From Coriobacteriia bacterium (GTDB lineage: Bacteria; Actinomycetota; Coriobacteriia; Coriobacteriales; QAMH01), in NCBI GenBank assembly GCA_003149935.1, contig QAMH01000006.1, positions 497,053 to 561,052 of the forward strand: a stretch of 64,000 nucleotides of DNA. The letters run 5' to 3'. Positions 46,401 to 56,242 of the stretch are shown piece by piece. Position 1 is the first letter of the stretch. Each line of letters opens with the position of its first letter. The notes below the pieces were generated by a model, which ran no database searches, was not told where the DNA came from, and worked only from the letters and a program-made list of their open reading frames with translations. A program made the position numbers and the translations under genes.

Positions 46401-48026
46401 CTATTCGATCGAGAAAACGATGGGATACAGCGGCTGCTCACCGCGTTGCGCATCGACTTCAAGGTCGGGATACAGTTCCTCGACCTGTTCGACGAGCTTC
46501 TCGAAATCCTCTTGGGCAAAATCCTCTCCCGCAAGGAGCGTGAGCGAGTCGAGGTCATCGTTAAGCTCGTCGATGAGGGCGAGCGTAACCTCCTCGACGC
46601 TCTTGCCCACAACATCGAGCGAGCCGTCGGCGATACCGATAACGTCATCCGGATGAATCTCGTGACCATCCGAAGTTTTGGAGTCCTTGATGGCGGTTGT
46701 CACCTCGCCGCACTTGACCTCGTCGAGCGCCTCGGTCATGGCCTCGGCGATTTCATCGAGGTCACCTTCCGGACTTGCGACGAGCATTGCGGAAAACGAC
46801 GCGGGCGTTGACTTTGTGGGAACGACCCTGCACGGGATATCGGCATTATCAGCAGCGGCGTTGGCGGCCATGATGATGTTCTTGTTATTGGGAAGCAGGA
46901 TGGCCGAGTCGGCGTTTACCTGCTCGATGGCATCGAGCAGGTCCTTCGTCGAGGGATTCATGGTCTGACCGCCGGAAACGACATGGTCAACACCGAGGGA
47001 TCGCAAAATGTTAGCCATGCCCTCACCCGCGGCAACGGCGATAAACGCTATGGGCTTGCGTTCGGCGGGCTGGCGTGATGCCTCATCGGCAGCGATGCCA
47101 TCGGCACGCTCCTCGCTCTCGAGCACCATGTTGTGGATGAAGACCTCGGAGACCTGACCGCGATCCGTCATGTAGGTAAGCACCGTACCCGGCGTGTCCG
47201 TGTGCACGTGCACCTTGAAGTCGGGGTGAGCGCCCACAAGCAGCTCGCAATCCCCGACAGACGCGAGAAACTCGAGTGCCTCGACCGTATCGACTTCGTC
47301 GCTGTGTAGGAGAAACTCTGTGCAGTACATGTAGTCCGAACCCGCCCAGTCACGTACATGCTCGATGGCGACCTTCGCCTCGGCATGCGTAAAATCCTCG
47401 GCAGAGGCAAGGTGGGCTTGCTCGCCAGTCAACGCGGCGATGAAGCTCTGGGTAAGAATGGCCAGGCCAAAACCGCCCGAATCGACAACGCCATTCTCCT
47501 TGAGAACGGGCAGAAGCTCCGGCGTACGCTTGACCGAAGCAAGAGCCTCGTCCGAAATGGCATGCAGCGTCGTGGTAACGTCGAGTCCCTCCTCGTAGGC
47601 TTGCTGCGCAACGGCGGCACAATCCTCGAGTACGGTGAGGATCGTGCCCTTTACCGGCTTACGTACGGCCTGGAAGGCAACCTCGACGGCACGTGCCATC
47701 GCGCGGGCAATGGTCTCGGTGCTGTACTCGGTGGCATCCACAAGTCCCTCGCAAAGGCCGCGCAGAATCTGACTCGTTATGACGCCCGAATTGCCACGTG
47801 CGCCCATGAGCGAGCCGTGCGTTACGGCCTTGCACAGGGCGGCGCCATCGGCATTCAACGGCAAGGCAGCAACCTCACGAGCCACAGACTCCATCGTCAG
47901 CGACATGTTCGTTCCCGTATCGCCATCGGGCACCGGAAAGACGTTGAGGCGGTTGATCTCTTCCTTGCGCGCAGACAGCTCTGCGGAAGCGGTGGCGATG
48001 CATGTGCGAATATCGTCAATGTTCAT
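46401..48026 (-). CDS. DAK2-domain protein (YloV / FakA-type fatty acid kinase subunit)
   Basis: DAK2 motif VFPVPDGDTGTNM, 541 aa. Sits in the conserved Asp23-DAK2 pair adjacent to DegV and recG. Confidence 0.88.
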   Translation of the reverse strand: MNIDDIRTCIATASAELSARKEEINRLNVFPVPDGDTGTNMSLTMESVAREVAALPLNADGAALCKAVTHGSLMGARGNSGVITSQILRGLCEGLVDATEYSTETIARAMARAVEVAFQAVRKPVKGTILTVLEDCAAVAQQAYEEGLDVTTTLHAISDEALASVKRTPELLPVLKENGVVDSGGFGLAILTQSFIAALTGEQAHLASAEDFTHAEAKVAIEHVRDWAGSDYMYCTEFLLHSDEVDTVEALEFLASVGDCELLVGAHPDFKVHVHTDTPGTVLTYMTDRGQVSEVFIHNMVLESEERADGIAADEASRQPAERKPIAFIAVAAGEGMANILRSLGVDHVVSGGQTMNPSTKDLLDAIEQVNADSAILLPNNKNIIMAANAAADNADIPCRVVPTKSTPASFSAMLVASPEGDLDEIAEAMTEALDEVKCGEVTTAIKDSKTSDGHEIHPDDVIGIADGSLDVVGKSVEEVTLALIDELNDDLDSLTLLAGEDFAQEDFEKLVEQVEELYPDLEVDAQRGEQPLYPIVFSIE

Positions 48027-48063
48027 GGATATATCCCTGTTGAGTATCGAATCCTACAAGCTG

Positions 48064-48417
48064 CTAATCGCGAACCTTCACGCCCTGCACGTGGACGTTC
48101 ACATTGCGAACGGGCAATTGCGCGCCATCCTCGAGCGTGAACTTGACCTTGTCGGCGAGCATGCGACTCACCTCGGCGAGATTGGTCCCGTGCTCGATGA
48201 TGACGTACAGGTCGATGTCGATGGCATCATCGGTCCTCTCGACGTTGATACCGCGACGCAGGCGACTCGCGGGCAGCAGCTTGGCAATTCCATCGGAAAG
48301 CGTCGGGGCGGCCATGCCCACGATGCCATAACTCTCGAGGGCGGCATAACCGGCCAAGTCGGTGATGACATCCTCGGCGATGGTCAGTTCGCCAGCAATA
48401 GCGTCAGCCATATGCAA
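48064..48417 (-). CDS. Asp23/Gls24-family protein (YloU-like)
   Basis: 117 aa with an Asp23 signature (IAEDVITDLAGYAALESYGIVGMA), upstream of the DAK2 gene. Confidence 0.85.
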   Translation of the reverse strand: MHMADAIAGELTIAEDVITDLAGYAALESYGIVGMAAPTLSDGIAKLLPASRLRRGINVERTDDAIDIDLYVIIEHGTNLAEVSRMLADKVKFTLEDGAQLPVRNVNVHVQGVKVRD

Positions 48418-48595
48418 GCTCCTTCATGGTTGAGATTACACAGATGCGGTAATTGTAATTCAGGCGACACTTCGTTCACAGTGAGCCGTGCAATTTTGCG
48501 TATACTTTCTAGAAAATGGGCAGCAGCGTATAGATGCTTCGGTCATTGCGCGCCTGTTCGCTGGCCGCAGCCCATTCATTTGCAGGAGGGTCTAA

Positions 48596-48949
48596 TTGGA
48601 TTTCGAGGAGATATTCTCTCGCGAAGCACGAAGCTCAAGCAACGGTCATGTGCTCGACGATGATCTCGTCTATGAGATTCTCGAGACCGTTGCCGAGATT
48701 CCCTCAGGTTGCGTCGCGACTTACGGGCAAATTGCCCGACTCATCGGCAGGCCCAAGAACGCGCGCCTCGTGGGCAAGGTGCTCAAGGAATCGCAGTTCT
48801 ACGGCGAGTATCCCTGCCATCGCGTCGTAAACGCCGTAGGTCGTCTTGTGCCCGGTTGGAACGAGCAGGCTGCGCTCCTGACCGAAGAGGGCGTCGAGCT
48901 CAAAGACGACGGCCACGTTGACATGCGCACGTACCAGTGGGATATATAG
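48596..48949 (+). CDS. MGMT-family protein (alkyltransferase DNA-binding/active-site domain only)
   Basis: TTG start with AGGAGG 6 nt upstream. VATYGQIARLIG and PCHRVV motifs, with the active-site Cys retained. No N-terminal Ada/Ogt domain. Confidence 0.8.
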   Translation: MDFEEIFSREARSSSNGHVLDDDLVYEILETVAEIPSGCVATYGQIARLIGRPKNARLVGKVLKESQFYGEYPCHRVVNAVGRLVPGWNEQAALLTEEGVELKDDGHVDMRTYQWDI

Positions 48950-48954
48950 CGAGT

Positions 48955-49057
48955 CTGATGGTCCGGGGGGCCTCGATGGTCGCTTCCCGACGGCCCGCTT
49001 CGCGGTCTTAACGGTGCGCTCCCTTAAACCTCGGCCCTACCCTCTCCGGGCCATCAG
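48955..49057 (+). repeat. second copy of the conserved 65-nt core inside a different closing stem, 5 nt after the MGMT stop
   Basis: Core at 48971-49035. Closing stem CTGATGGTCCGG (48955-48966) pairs with CCGGGCCATCAG (49046-49057) at 12 bp including one G-U, extendable by wobble pairs. The core has the same orientation relative to the upstream gene as the copy at 42129-42256. Confidence 0.8.
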
Positions 49058-49117
49058 CCCCAACACGATGCATATGCCAAGGGGTCAGACCCCCTGACAC
49101 GTGCGTCCTTGGCACAT

Positions 49118-49150
49118 AAAAAAAAGGGGCGGCCGCAATGCGGTCGCCCC
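49118..49150 (-). terminator. intrinsic terminator of ppsA
   Basis: On the minus strand, GGGGCGACCGC-attg-CGGCCGCCCC followed by TTTTTTTT, 32 nt after the ppsA stop. Confidence 0.85.
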
Positions 49151-49181
49151 TCTCCTGCTCGATGTGGTGAAGCTGGATTGC

Positions 49182-51569
49182 TTACCAGGTGAGGTCCTCG
49201 GCCTCTTCCTTGCCACGGCCCGTGAGCTTGTCGAGCATCATCTTGTGCTCGATCTGAGCCGCAATCTGCTTGGTGTGGATGACCGCATCCGGATTGACCG
49301 AGATGGAGTCGATGCCGCTCTTGATGAGGAACTCGCAGAACTCCGGATAGATGCTCGGGAGCTGACCGCAGATGGACACGGTCTTGCCATCCCTGTGAGC
49401 GACCTCGATAAGATGGCGGATGGCGCGTTTGACGGCGAGGTCACGGCCGTCGGCGACGTCCTGGATAATCTCGTTGTCGCGATCGAGGCCCAGAATCAGC
49501 ATGGTGAGATCGTTGCTACCGATGGAGTAGCCGTCAACAAACTTGTTGAACTGATCGGCCATGATGATGTTGCTGGGAATCTCGGCCATGAGCCAGATCT
49601 TGAAGTCCGGGCTGCGCACCAGGCCCTCCTCGGCCATGATGCCCGTGACGATCTCGGCTTCCTTGACGGTGCGGCAGAACGGAATCATGACCTGGAGGTT
49701 CTTGAAGCCGTACTCGTCACGAACCTTCTTGATGGCCTGGAGCTCGAGCTTGAAGGCCGGAAGGTACTTGGGATCGTAGTAACGCGACGCGCCACGCCAG
49801 CCGAGCAGTGCGCTGGGCTCCTCGGGCTCGTACTTGTCGCCACCGGCAAGACCACGGTACTCGCTGGACTTGAAGTCGGAGAGGCGCAGCACGACCTGGC
49901 GCGGGGAAAGGGCGCTCGCGACCTTGCGCATGCCCTCGGCGAGCATGTCGACAGCCTCGTTGGCGCGGCCGGTCTCGATGAGATGCATGGGATGCTCGTG
50001 GATGAAGGTGGTCCAGATGAACTCCTCGCGCATGAGGCCCACGCCATCGCACGGGAGCTTGCCATGCTTCTCGGCAAGATCGGGATTACCGAGGTTCATG
50101 TAAATCTTGGTGCCCGTGACAGGAGCCACGTAAGCCGCGGCGGCAGGTGCGGCGTCAGCAGCAGGTGCCTCGGAGACCATGCTCTTGACGATACCGGCGT
50201 ACACGGTGCCGTTGGAGGCATCGACCGTGATCTCCTGGCCGTCCTGGATCGAGGCCGTGGCCTCTTGTGAGCGGCTCGCCGTGCCGACGATGCAGGGAAT
50301 GCCCATCTCGCGGCTGACGATGGCGGCGTGGCAGGTCATGCCACCGGCATCGGTGACGATGGCAAGCGCCTTTTGCATGGCGGGCACCCAGTCGGGAGCG
50401 GTCATCGTGGTGACGAGAATCTCGCCGTCCTTGAACTCGTCGATGAGGGCGGGATCGGTGATGACGTGCGCCTTGCCGGCGACCTTGCCGGGAGAGGCCG
50501 GCAGACCGGTCACGATAACGTCAAGGTTCTCGGTTGCGGCGTCATCTGCCTCATCGGCAACCTCGCCGTCGGCCTTCTTGCGCGACCAGACCGTCTCGGG
50601 GCGCGCCTGGAGCAGCCAGACCTTGCCATCGCGCTCGTCGATGCCCCACTCCATATCCATGTAGCAGCCGTAGTGCTTCTCGAGCTGCTTGGCGTAGTCT
50701 GCGAGCTCCTTGATTTGCTCGTCGGTAATGACCTGCTGCTTGCGCTCATCGGCGGGAACGTCGACTTCCTCGACGTCGCCTTCGGGCTTGCGAATCATCT
50801 TGATGTGCTTGTCCGAGATGATGCGACGCGTAATCTCACCCGTTGCCTTGTCAACGACGAAGTTGTCGGGCGTGACGGCGCCCTGCACGACCATCTCGCC
50901 CAGACCGTAGGAACCCTCGATGGTGACGACCTTGTCATTGCCGTTGGTGACATCGAGCGAGAACATGACGCCTGCGGCCTTGGAGAAGACCATCATCTGG
51001 ACGGTCGCGGAAAGCGCGATGGACAGGTGATCGAAGCCCGTCTTCTCGCGATAGTAGGTAGCGCGGTCGGTGAAGGTGGAGGCGTAGCACTCCTTGATCT
51101 TCTGCACGACCATATCGGGGCCGTGCACGTTGAGGTAGGTGTCCTGCTGGCCCGCAAAGCTGGCATCGGGAAGGTCTTCTGCAGTGGCAGAAGAGCGCAC
51201 GGCGACGAACGGATCATCCACGTGCATCTTATTGCCGAGCTCGGCGTAAGCGTCCTTGATGGCCTCGACGATGTCTGCCGGCATCTCCTCGGCGACGATC
51301 ATGGCACGGATGTTGTCGGTCACCTCACGCAGCAGCGCGGAGTCCTCGACGTCCGTGAGCTTCTTGAGCTCCTCGCGGATTTCCTTGTCGAGGCCCGTCC
51401 TTTCCATGAACTGACGGTATGCGTATGCCGTGGTGGCAAAGCCATAGGGTACGGGGACATCGGTCTCCGAAGTCATCTCGCCCAGAGAAGAGGACTTTCC
51501 GCCTACGATCTCGACGTCCTCGCGGCGAAGCTCGTCGAACCAGAGAACATATGCCTTGTCACGATCCAT
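49182..51569 (-). CDS. ppsA: phosphoenolpyruvate synthase (pyruvate, water dikinase)
   Basis: N-terminus VLWFDELRREDVEIVGGKSSSLGEM and phosphohistidine swivel motif GGMTCHAAIVSREMGIPCIVG. Start at ATG 51569 (MDRDKAY). Confidence 0.96.
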   Translation of the reverse strand: MDRDKAYVLWFDELRREDVEIVGGKSSSLGEMTSETDVPVPYGFATTAYAYRQFMERTGLDKEIREELKKLTDVEDSALLREVTDNIRAMIVAEEMPADIVEAIKDAYAELGNKMHVDDPFVAVRSSATAEDLPDASFAGQQDTYLNVHGPDMVVQKIKECYASTFTDRATYYREKTGFDHLSIALSATVQMMVFSKAAGVMFSLDVTNGNDKVVTIEGSYGLGEMVVQGAVTPDNFVVDKATGEITRRIISDKHIKMIRKPEGDVEEVDVPADERKQQVITDEQIKELADYAKQLEKHYGCYMDMEWGIDERDGKVWLLQARPETVWSRKKADGEVADEADDAATENLDVIVTGLPASPGKVAGKAHVITDPALIDEFKDGEILVTTMTAPDWVPAMQKALAIVTDAGGMTCHAAIVSREMGIPCIVGTASRSQEATASIQDGQEITVDASNGTVYAGIVKSMVSEAPAADAAPAAAAYVAPVTGTKIYMNLGNPDLAEKHGKLPCDGVGLMREEFIWTTFIHEHPMHLIETGRANEAVDMLAEGMRKVASALSPRQVVLRLSDFKSSEYRGLAGGDKYEPEEPSALLGWRGASRYYDPKYLPAFKLELQAIKKVRDEYGFKNLQVMIPFCRTVKEAEIVTGIMAEEGLVRSPDFKIWLMAEIPSNIIMADQFNKFVDGYSIGSNDLTMLILGLDRDNEIIQDVADGRDLAVKRAIRHLIEVAHRDGKTVSICGQLPSIYPEFCEFLIKSGIDSISVNPDAVIHTKQIAAQIEHKMMLDKLTGRGKEEAEDLTW

Positions 51570-51683
51570 CTTGCCTATCCTTTCTTTCATGTCGGAGAGG
51601 AAGCGGTGCATTGCAAAGTGCGAGAATCCCCGTTTCCAATGTTCGATATTATAGGGTATTTGAAACGCCTTTGGTCCATGACC

Positions 51684-52565
51684 CTACACGGGAAGAACGA
51701 ACGAGCCGTGGGGAGACGGAATACGGGGGAATGCGGCATTGTAATGGCGCAGTATCTCTTGTGCCGTCTCCTCGATAGCACGGTCTTTCGTGTTGATGAT
51801 GACGCAACCGAGCCCGCGCATGATGGTACGCGCGCGGTCGAGCTCCAACGTCACGGCATCGATGTCCGCATACCTCGACTGCCCCAATTGGCCACCCATA
51901 CGCGTCTTGCGCACGCCAACGAGCACGGAGGGATCGGTTATGAGGCCGAAGAGACGCTCGCGGTCAACTTCGTAGACTTCTTTGGGAAGCTCGAGACCCT
52001 CGACAAGAGGAACGTTTGCAACCTTGTACCCCTGCTGCCCCAGATAGATGGACGTCGGCGTCTTGCTCGTGCGGGAGACGCCGAGAATCACGATGTCGGC
52101 TTCGGGCAGGTCTTGCGTGAGCAGACCGTCATCGTGGGAGACGGTGAACTCGATTGCCTCGATACGCTGAAAGTACTGATCGTTGATCTTGTGCTGTTCG
52201 CCGGGAGCGGGATTGTGGGTCTTGCCGCTCACCTGTTCGATGACCGCAATGGAATCCGACAGGACGTCGACAGCGTAAATGTTGGGATGGTCTGCAAGAT
52301 ACGATTCCAGCGCATCCCTCAGCTCCTGAATGACAAGGGTGTAGTAGACGATGATTCGATCGTCGTTGTACATCTGGCGATGCAAGCGTTGTTCTTCCTC
52401 GAGAAACGAGCGAATCTGGTCGAAGGACCTGACGTACGGAAGCACCGTGATATTCGGGTCGAGCTCGCCGAAATGGCTTGCCGCCGAGCGAGCGATGGTC
52501 TTGGCCGTATTGCCCATCGAGTCACTGATGACATGGATGGTCGGCAGCGTAGGCATATCGCCCAT
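51684..52565 (-). CDS. ppsR: PEP synthase regulatory protein (PpsR / DUF299 kinase-phosphorylase)
   Basis: IHVISDSMGNTA N-terminus and P-loop LGVSRTSKTPTS. Only the C-terminal 293 codons of the 614-aa track ORF are used; the rest overlaps glyS in another frame. Confidence 0.9.
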   Translation of the reverse strand: MGDMPTLPTIHVISDSMGNTAKTIARSAASHFGELDPNITVLPYVRSFDQIRSFLEEEQRLHRQMYNDDRIIVYYTLVIQELRDALESYLADHPNIYAVDVLSDSIAVIEQVSGKTHNPAPGEQHKINDQYFQRIEAIEFTVSHDDGLLTQDLPEADIVILGVSRTSKTPTSIYLGQQGYKVANVPLVEGLELPKEVYEVDRERLFGLITDPSVLVGVRKTRMGGQLGQSRYADIDAVTLELDRARTIMRGLGCVIINTKDRAIEETAQEILRHYNAAFPRIPSPHGSFVLPV

Positions 52566-52572
52566 GACGTGC

Positions 52573-54654
52573 CTACTTCTTGGCCATCTTGCCGATATCG
52601 GCCACGTTGGCGAACACGGCAACGAAGCTGTTGAGCAGACGCAGACGCATCTCGCGCAAGGCCGCGTCGTCATCCATGATGAGCACGGCGTCGAAGAAGT
52701 TGTCGATGGGCGTGCGCAGACTTGCAAGCGCCTCGATGGCATCAAGATGAGCGCCATCCGCAAGGGCGGCCGTAACCGCGTCACGGGCAGTAGTAACGGC
52801 ATCGGCCAGCGCAAGCTCCTGTGCCTCCATGATCGATGTGTCAGCATCGCAACCAAGGGAGGCATCGGCAAGATTTGCCGCGCGCGTGTAAGCCGTCGCC
52901 AGGTTTTCGAAGACTTCGGGCTGCTCGTTACGCGCTGTCTGAAGCGCATCGATGCGCGCCAGCGTCTCGGCAGGCTCGAACATTCCCGTCGCCATGACGG
53001 CGGCGATGCAATCGGGCGCGTAGCCGCGGTCGCGTGCGATGACCTCGAGACGCGTCGCGAAGAAGGCGCGCACCTGCTCGCGCACCTCGTCGAAGTCGAA
53101 ATCGACCACGTCGCGATAATTATCGAGCGCAACGTCAATGAGCTTGGCAAGCGAGACGTCGAGGCCATCGAGCAGGATGTTGATGATGCCGATGGCGGCG
53201 CGACGCAGCGCGAAGGGATCGGAAGAACCCGTGGGCCCCGCGCCAATCGCGAAGATGCCACAGACGGTATCGAGCTTGTCGGAGAACGCGGTGACGGTGC
53301 CCGCAAGGTTGCGCGGCAGCTCGTCGCCGGCAAAACGCGGGCGATAGTGATCGGTGATGCCGAGGGCGACCTCGGGCGTCTCGCCCGAGAAGCGCGCATA
53401 GTGACCGCCCATGATGCCCTGCAGGGAGGTGAACTCGACGACCGCGTTGGTGATGAGGTCGGCCTTGCACAGCAGCGCAGTGCGCACGACGTCATCGCGC
53501 TCGGCACCCGTGATGCTGGCGGCGTCACAGACGGCCTCGGCGTTCTTCACGATGCGCATGGTCTTGTCGTAGACGCTTCCGAGCTTCTCCTGGAACACGA
53601 CGCGCTTCAAGCCATCGACGTAGCTCTCGAGCGGCTCACGGCGATCCTCGACCACGAAGAAGGCCGCATCGTCGAGACGGGCGCGCACGACGCGCTCGTT
53701 ACCTGCGACGATGGTCTCGGTGTAGGCGGGATCACCGTTGCTCACGATGAGAAACGCGTTGTCGAGCGTGCCATCGGGCTGGTACATCGGGAAGTAGCGC
53801 TGATGTTCGAGCATCGCGTCGGTGATGATCTCGGGCGGGACGTCAAGGAAACGCTCGTCGAAGTGCGCGAGCATGACGGTGGGATACTCGACGAGATTCA
53901 CGACCTCGTCGAAGGTGCCCTTGGGGGTGTCAGCCTTGAGGCCCGTCTCGGCCTCGATGGCGTTGATCTGACCGCGAATGGCCTGCGCACGCTTCTTCGC
54001 GCTAGGAATGACCTTCATCTCCTCGTAGGCGGCCGGCAAGTCGGAGGCACTCGCAAACTCGAATTCGCGGTCGGCCATGAGGCGGTTGCCGCGCGAGATG
54101 CGGCCCGCAACCAGACCGGCATACTCGACGGGCACGACTTCGTCGCCATACAGGGCCATGAGCCAGCGCACGGGACGCGAGAAGGTGACATGACCGCTGC
54201 CCCAACGCTGCGACTTGGGCCAGCTGATGCCTGCAATGAGGCCGGCAAGCAGGTCGGGCAGGATATCCGCCGTCTTGCGGGAGGGCTCCTCGACCAAGGC
54301 GTACACATACTCCTTGCCGCTCTCGTCCGCCTCGCGCACGAGACAGGAGACGTCAACGCCCTTGCCACGGGCAAAGCCCTCGGCAGCCTTCGTGGGCTTG
54401 CCATCATCGTCGAAGGCGATCGCGGCGGCGGGGCCCTTGGCGCGCATGGAGAGCGCCTCGCTTGCGTCGGCAAGGTCCTCGACCACGAGAATCATGCGAC
54501 GTGGCGTTGAATAGGTGACGACCTCGCCGTGGGCGACGCGTGCCTCGTCGAGGGCGTGCTGTGCCGCATCGGCAAGATCACGCGTTGCCGCATAGAGGGG
54601 CATGGCGGGAATTTCTTCGGTTCCGATCTCGAGGACAAGCTTGGATGCATTCAT
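52573..54654 (-). CDS. glyS: glycine--tRNA ligase beta subunit
   Basis: 693 aa with N-terminus LVLEIGTEEIPA and an HD-like/anticodon-binding C-terminus. Overlaps the glyQ stop. Confidence 0.95.
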   Translation of the reverse strand: MNASKLVLEIGTEEIPAMPLYAATRDLADAAQHALDEARVAHGEVVTYSTPRRMILVVEDLADASEALSMRAKGPAAAIAFDDDGKPTKAAEGFARGKGVDVSCLVREADESGKEYVYALVEEPSRKTADILPDLLAGLIAGISWPKSQRWGSGHVTFSRPVRWLMALYGDEVVPVEYAGLVAGRISRGNRLMADREFEFASASDLPAAYEEMKVIPSAKKRAQAIRGQINAIEAETGLKADTPKGTFDEVVNLVEYPTVMLAHFDERFLDVPPEIITDAMLEHQRYFPMYQPDGTLDNAFLIVSNGDPAYTETIVAGNERVVRARLDDAAFFVVEDRREPLESYVDGLKRVVFQEKLGSVYDKTMRIVKNAEAVCDAASITGAERDDVVRTALLCKADLITNAVVEFTSLQGIMGGHYARFSGETPEVALGITDHYRPRFAGDELPRNLAGTVTAFSDKLDTVCGIFAIGAGPTGSSDPFALRRAAIGIINILLDGLDVSLAKLIDVALDNYRDVVDFDFDEVREQVRAFFATRLEVIARDRGYAPDCIAAVMATGMFEPAETLARIDALQTARNEQPEVFENLATAYTRAANLADASLGCDADTSIMEAQELALADAVTTARDAVTAALADGAHLDAIEALASLRTPIDNFFDAVLIMDDDAALREMRLRLLNSFVAVFANVADIGKMAKK

Positions 54655-55592
54655 TATGCGACCCCCTCCTTCTCGGCGTCGCCGTCTAGCTCGCGCGGGC
54701 CATCCTGCGAGGCGATGTAGGCGCCGCCCTTCTCGATCACATGCTCGAGATAGGACTCGCAGCAGGCCTTTGCCATCGTGCGCACGCGCAGGATGTAGGC
54801 CATGCGCTCGGTCGCCGAGATCGCGCCGCGCGCATCGAGCAGATTGAAGGCGTGGCTACATTTCATGACGCAATCGTAGGCGGGAAGCGGCAACCCCAAG
54901 TCGAGCAGGCGCATGCACTCGCGCTCGGAAGCATCGAAGCGCGCGAAGAGCATATCGACATCGGCGAACTCGAAGTCATATGCGCTCTGCTCGCGCTCGT
55001 TCTCGTAGAAGACGTCGCCATAGGTGAAAATCGAGCCATCAGGCCCTTTGCTCCAGACAAGGTCGTAAACGCTGTCAACGCCCTGGATGTACATGGCGAG
55101 GCGCTCGAGGCCGTACGTGATCTCGGCGGGAACGGGATCGCACTCGATGCCACCGACCTGCTGGAAGTACGTGAACTGCGTGACCTCCATGCCGTTGAGC
55201 CAGACCTCCCAGCCCAGACCCCAGGCACCCAGCGTGGGGCTTTCCCAGTCGTCCTCGACGAAACGCACGTCATGCTGATGCGGCTCGATGCCGATGGCGC
55301 GCAGGGAGCCGAGGTAGAGCTCCTGGACGTCATCGGGAGAGGGCTTGAGGATGACTTGGAACTGATAGTAGTGCTGCATGCGATTGGGGTTGGCGCCATA
55401 GCGACCGTCGGTCGGGCGACGGCACGGCTGCACGTATGCCGTCTTCCAGGCACCGGGACCGAGCGCGCGCAGCGCCGTCGCGGTGTGATAGGTGCCCGCC
55501 CCCACCTCGGAGTCATATGGCTGCAAGATGACGCAGCCCTGGTCTGCCCAGTACTGTTGCAGGGTCAAAATGATGTCTTGAAAGGTCAGCAT
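54654..55592 (-). CDS. glyQ: glycine--tRNA ligase alpha subunit
   Basis: [28 protein letters not shown]-terminus, highly conserved GlyQ sequence. Start at ATG 55592. Confidence 0.96.
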   Translation of the reverse strand: MLTFQDIILTLQQYWADQGCVILQPYDSEVGAGTYHTATALRALGPGAWKTAYVQPCRRPTDGRYGANPNRMQHYYQFQVILKPSPDDVQELYLGSLRAIGIEPHQHDVRFVEDDWESPTLGAWGLGWEVWLNGMEVTQFTYFQQVGGIECDPVPAEITYGLERLAMYIQGVDSVYDLVWSKGPDGSIFTYGDVFYENEREQSAYDFEFADVDMLFARFDASERECMRLLDLGLPLPAYDCVMKCSHAFNLLDARGAISATERMAYILRVRTMAKACCESYLEHVIEKGGAYIASQDGPRELDGDAEKEGVA

Positions 55593-55638
55593 GCTCTCTA
55601 TCCAATCGTGCGTACCATGCGATATGGTCTGCTTGCTT

Positions 55639-56172
55639 CTACAATGTGCCGATGCGGTCGAGGGGCCAGTACCTGAACACGGCACGTCCCGTTATGTCTT
55701 CCGTGTTGATGGCGCCAAAGGCGCGGCTGTCCGCGGAGTTCGTGCGATTGTCTCCCATGACCCAAACATAGCCCTCGGGTACCACATAGGGATACTGGAT
55801 GCCCGAATTCAAGTCGTTGCTCGGCTTGCCCTGCGTGTACGGCTCGTCGAGGCGTACGCCGTCCACATATACGGCGCCATCGCGCAGGTCAACCGTCTGA
55901 CCGCCCGTGGCGATGACACGTTTGATGAGCACACGCTCTGGGTCGGACGGATCCTCGAAGGTGATGATGTCGCCTTGGGCAGGCTCGCCGAAGGCGTAGC
56001 TCAGCTTCTCGGAAAAGACGCGATCGCCTATCTCGATGGTCTGCTCCATCGAGCCGGAGGGAATCTCGTAGGGCTGCATGACAAAACGCGTGAAGAGCGT
56101 GGCCAGGCCAACGGCAACCACGATGATGAGAAGTATCTCGATGACCAGGCGTAATGGCGAGTTCTTCTTCAC
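55639..56172 (-). CDS. lepB: signal peptidase I
   Basis: N-terminal TM, catalytic Ser box [10 protein letters not shown], Lys box and [11 protein letters not shown] box. Confidence 0.92.
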   Translation of the reverse strand: MKKNSPLRLVIEILLIIVVAVGLATLFTRFVMQPYEIPSGSMEQTIEIGDRVFSEKLSYAFGEPAQGDIITFEDPSDPERVLIKRVIATGGQTVDLRDGAVYVDGVRLDEPYTQGKPSNDLNSGIQYPYVVPEGYVWVMGDNRTNSADSRAFGAINTEDITGRAVFRYWPLDRIGTL

Positions 56173-56242
56173 GAATGCACCCCTTTCCTTCCCTCAAAAA
56201 CAAACATGTAAGCGTATATGATAGCGCGACCAGACCGGTATC

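Noticed and set aside
50328-52634. 768-aa plus-strand ORF, plus 52351-54510 (719 aa) and 33776-35704 (642 aa)
   Set aside because: These are shadow ORFs opposite ppsA/ppsR, glyS and recN/nadK/tlyA. They have no start-site signals and no domain signatures, and each spans several real genes.
52566-53528. N-terminal 320 residues of the 614-aa minus-strand ORF 51684-53528
   Set aside because: This part overlaps glyS in another frame and is Ser/Pro/Arg-rich nonsense. The recognisable PpsR sequence begins at ATG 52565, immediately after the glyS stop.
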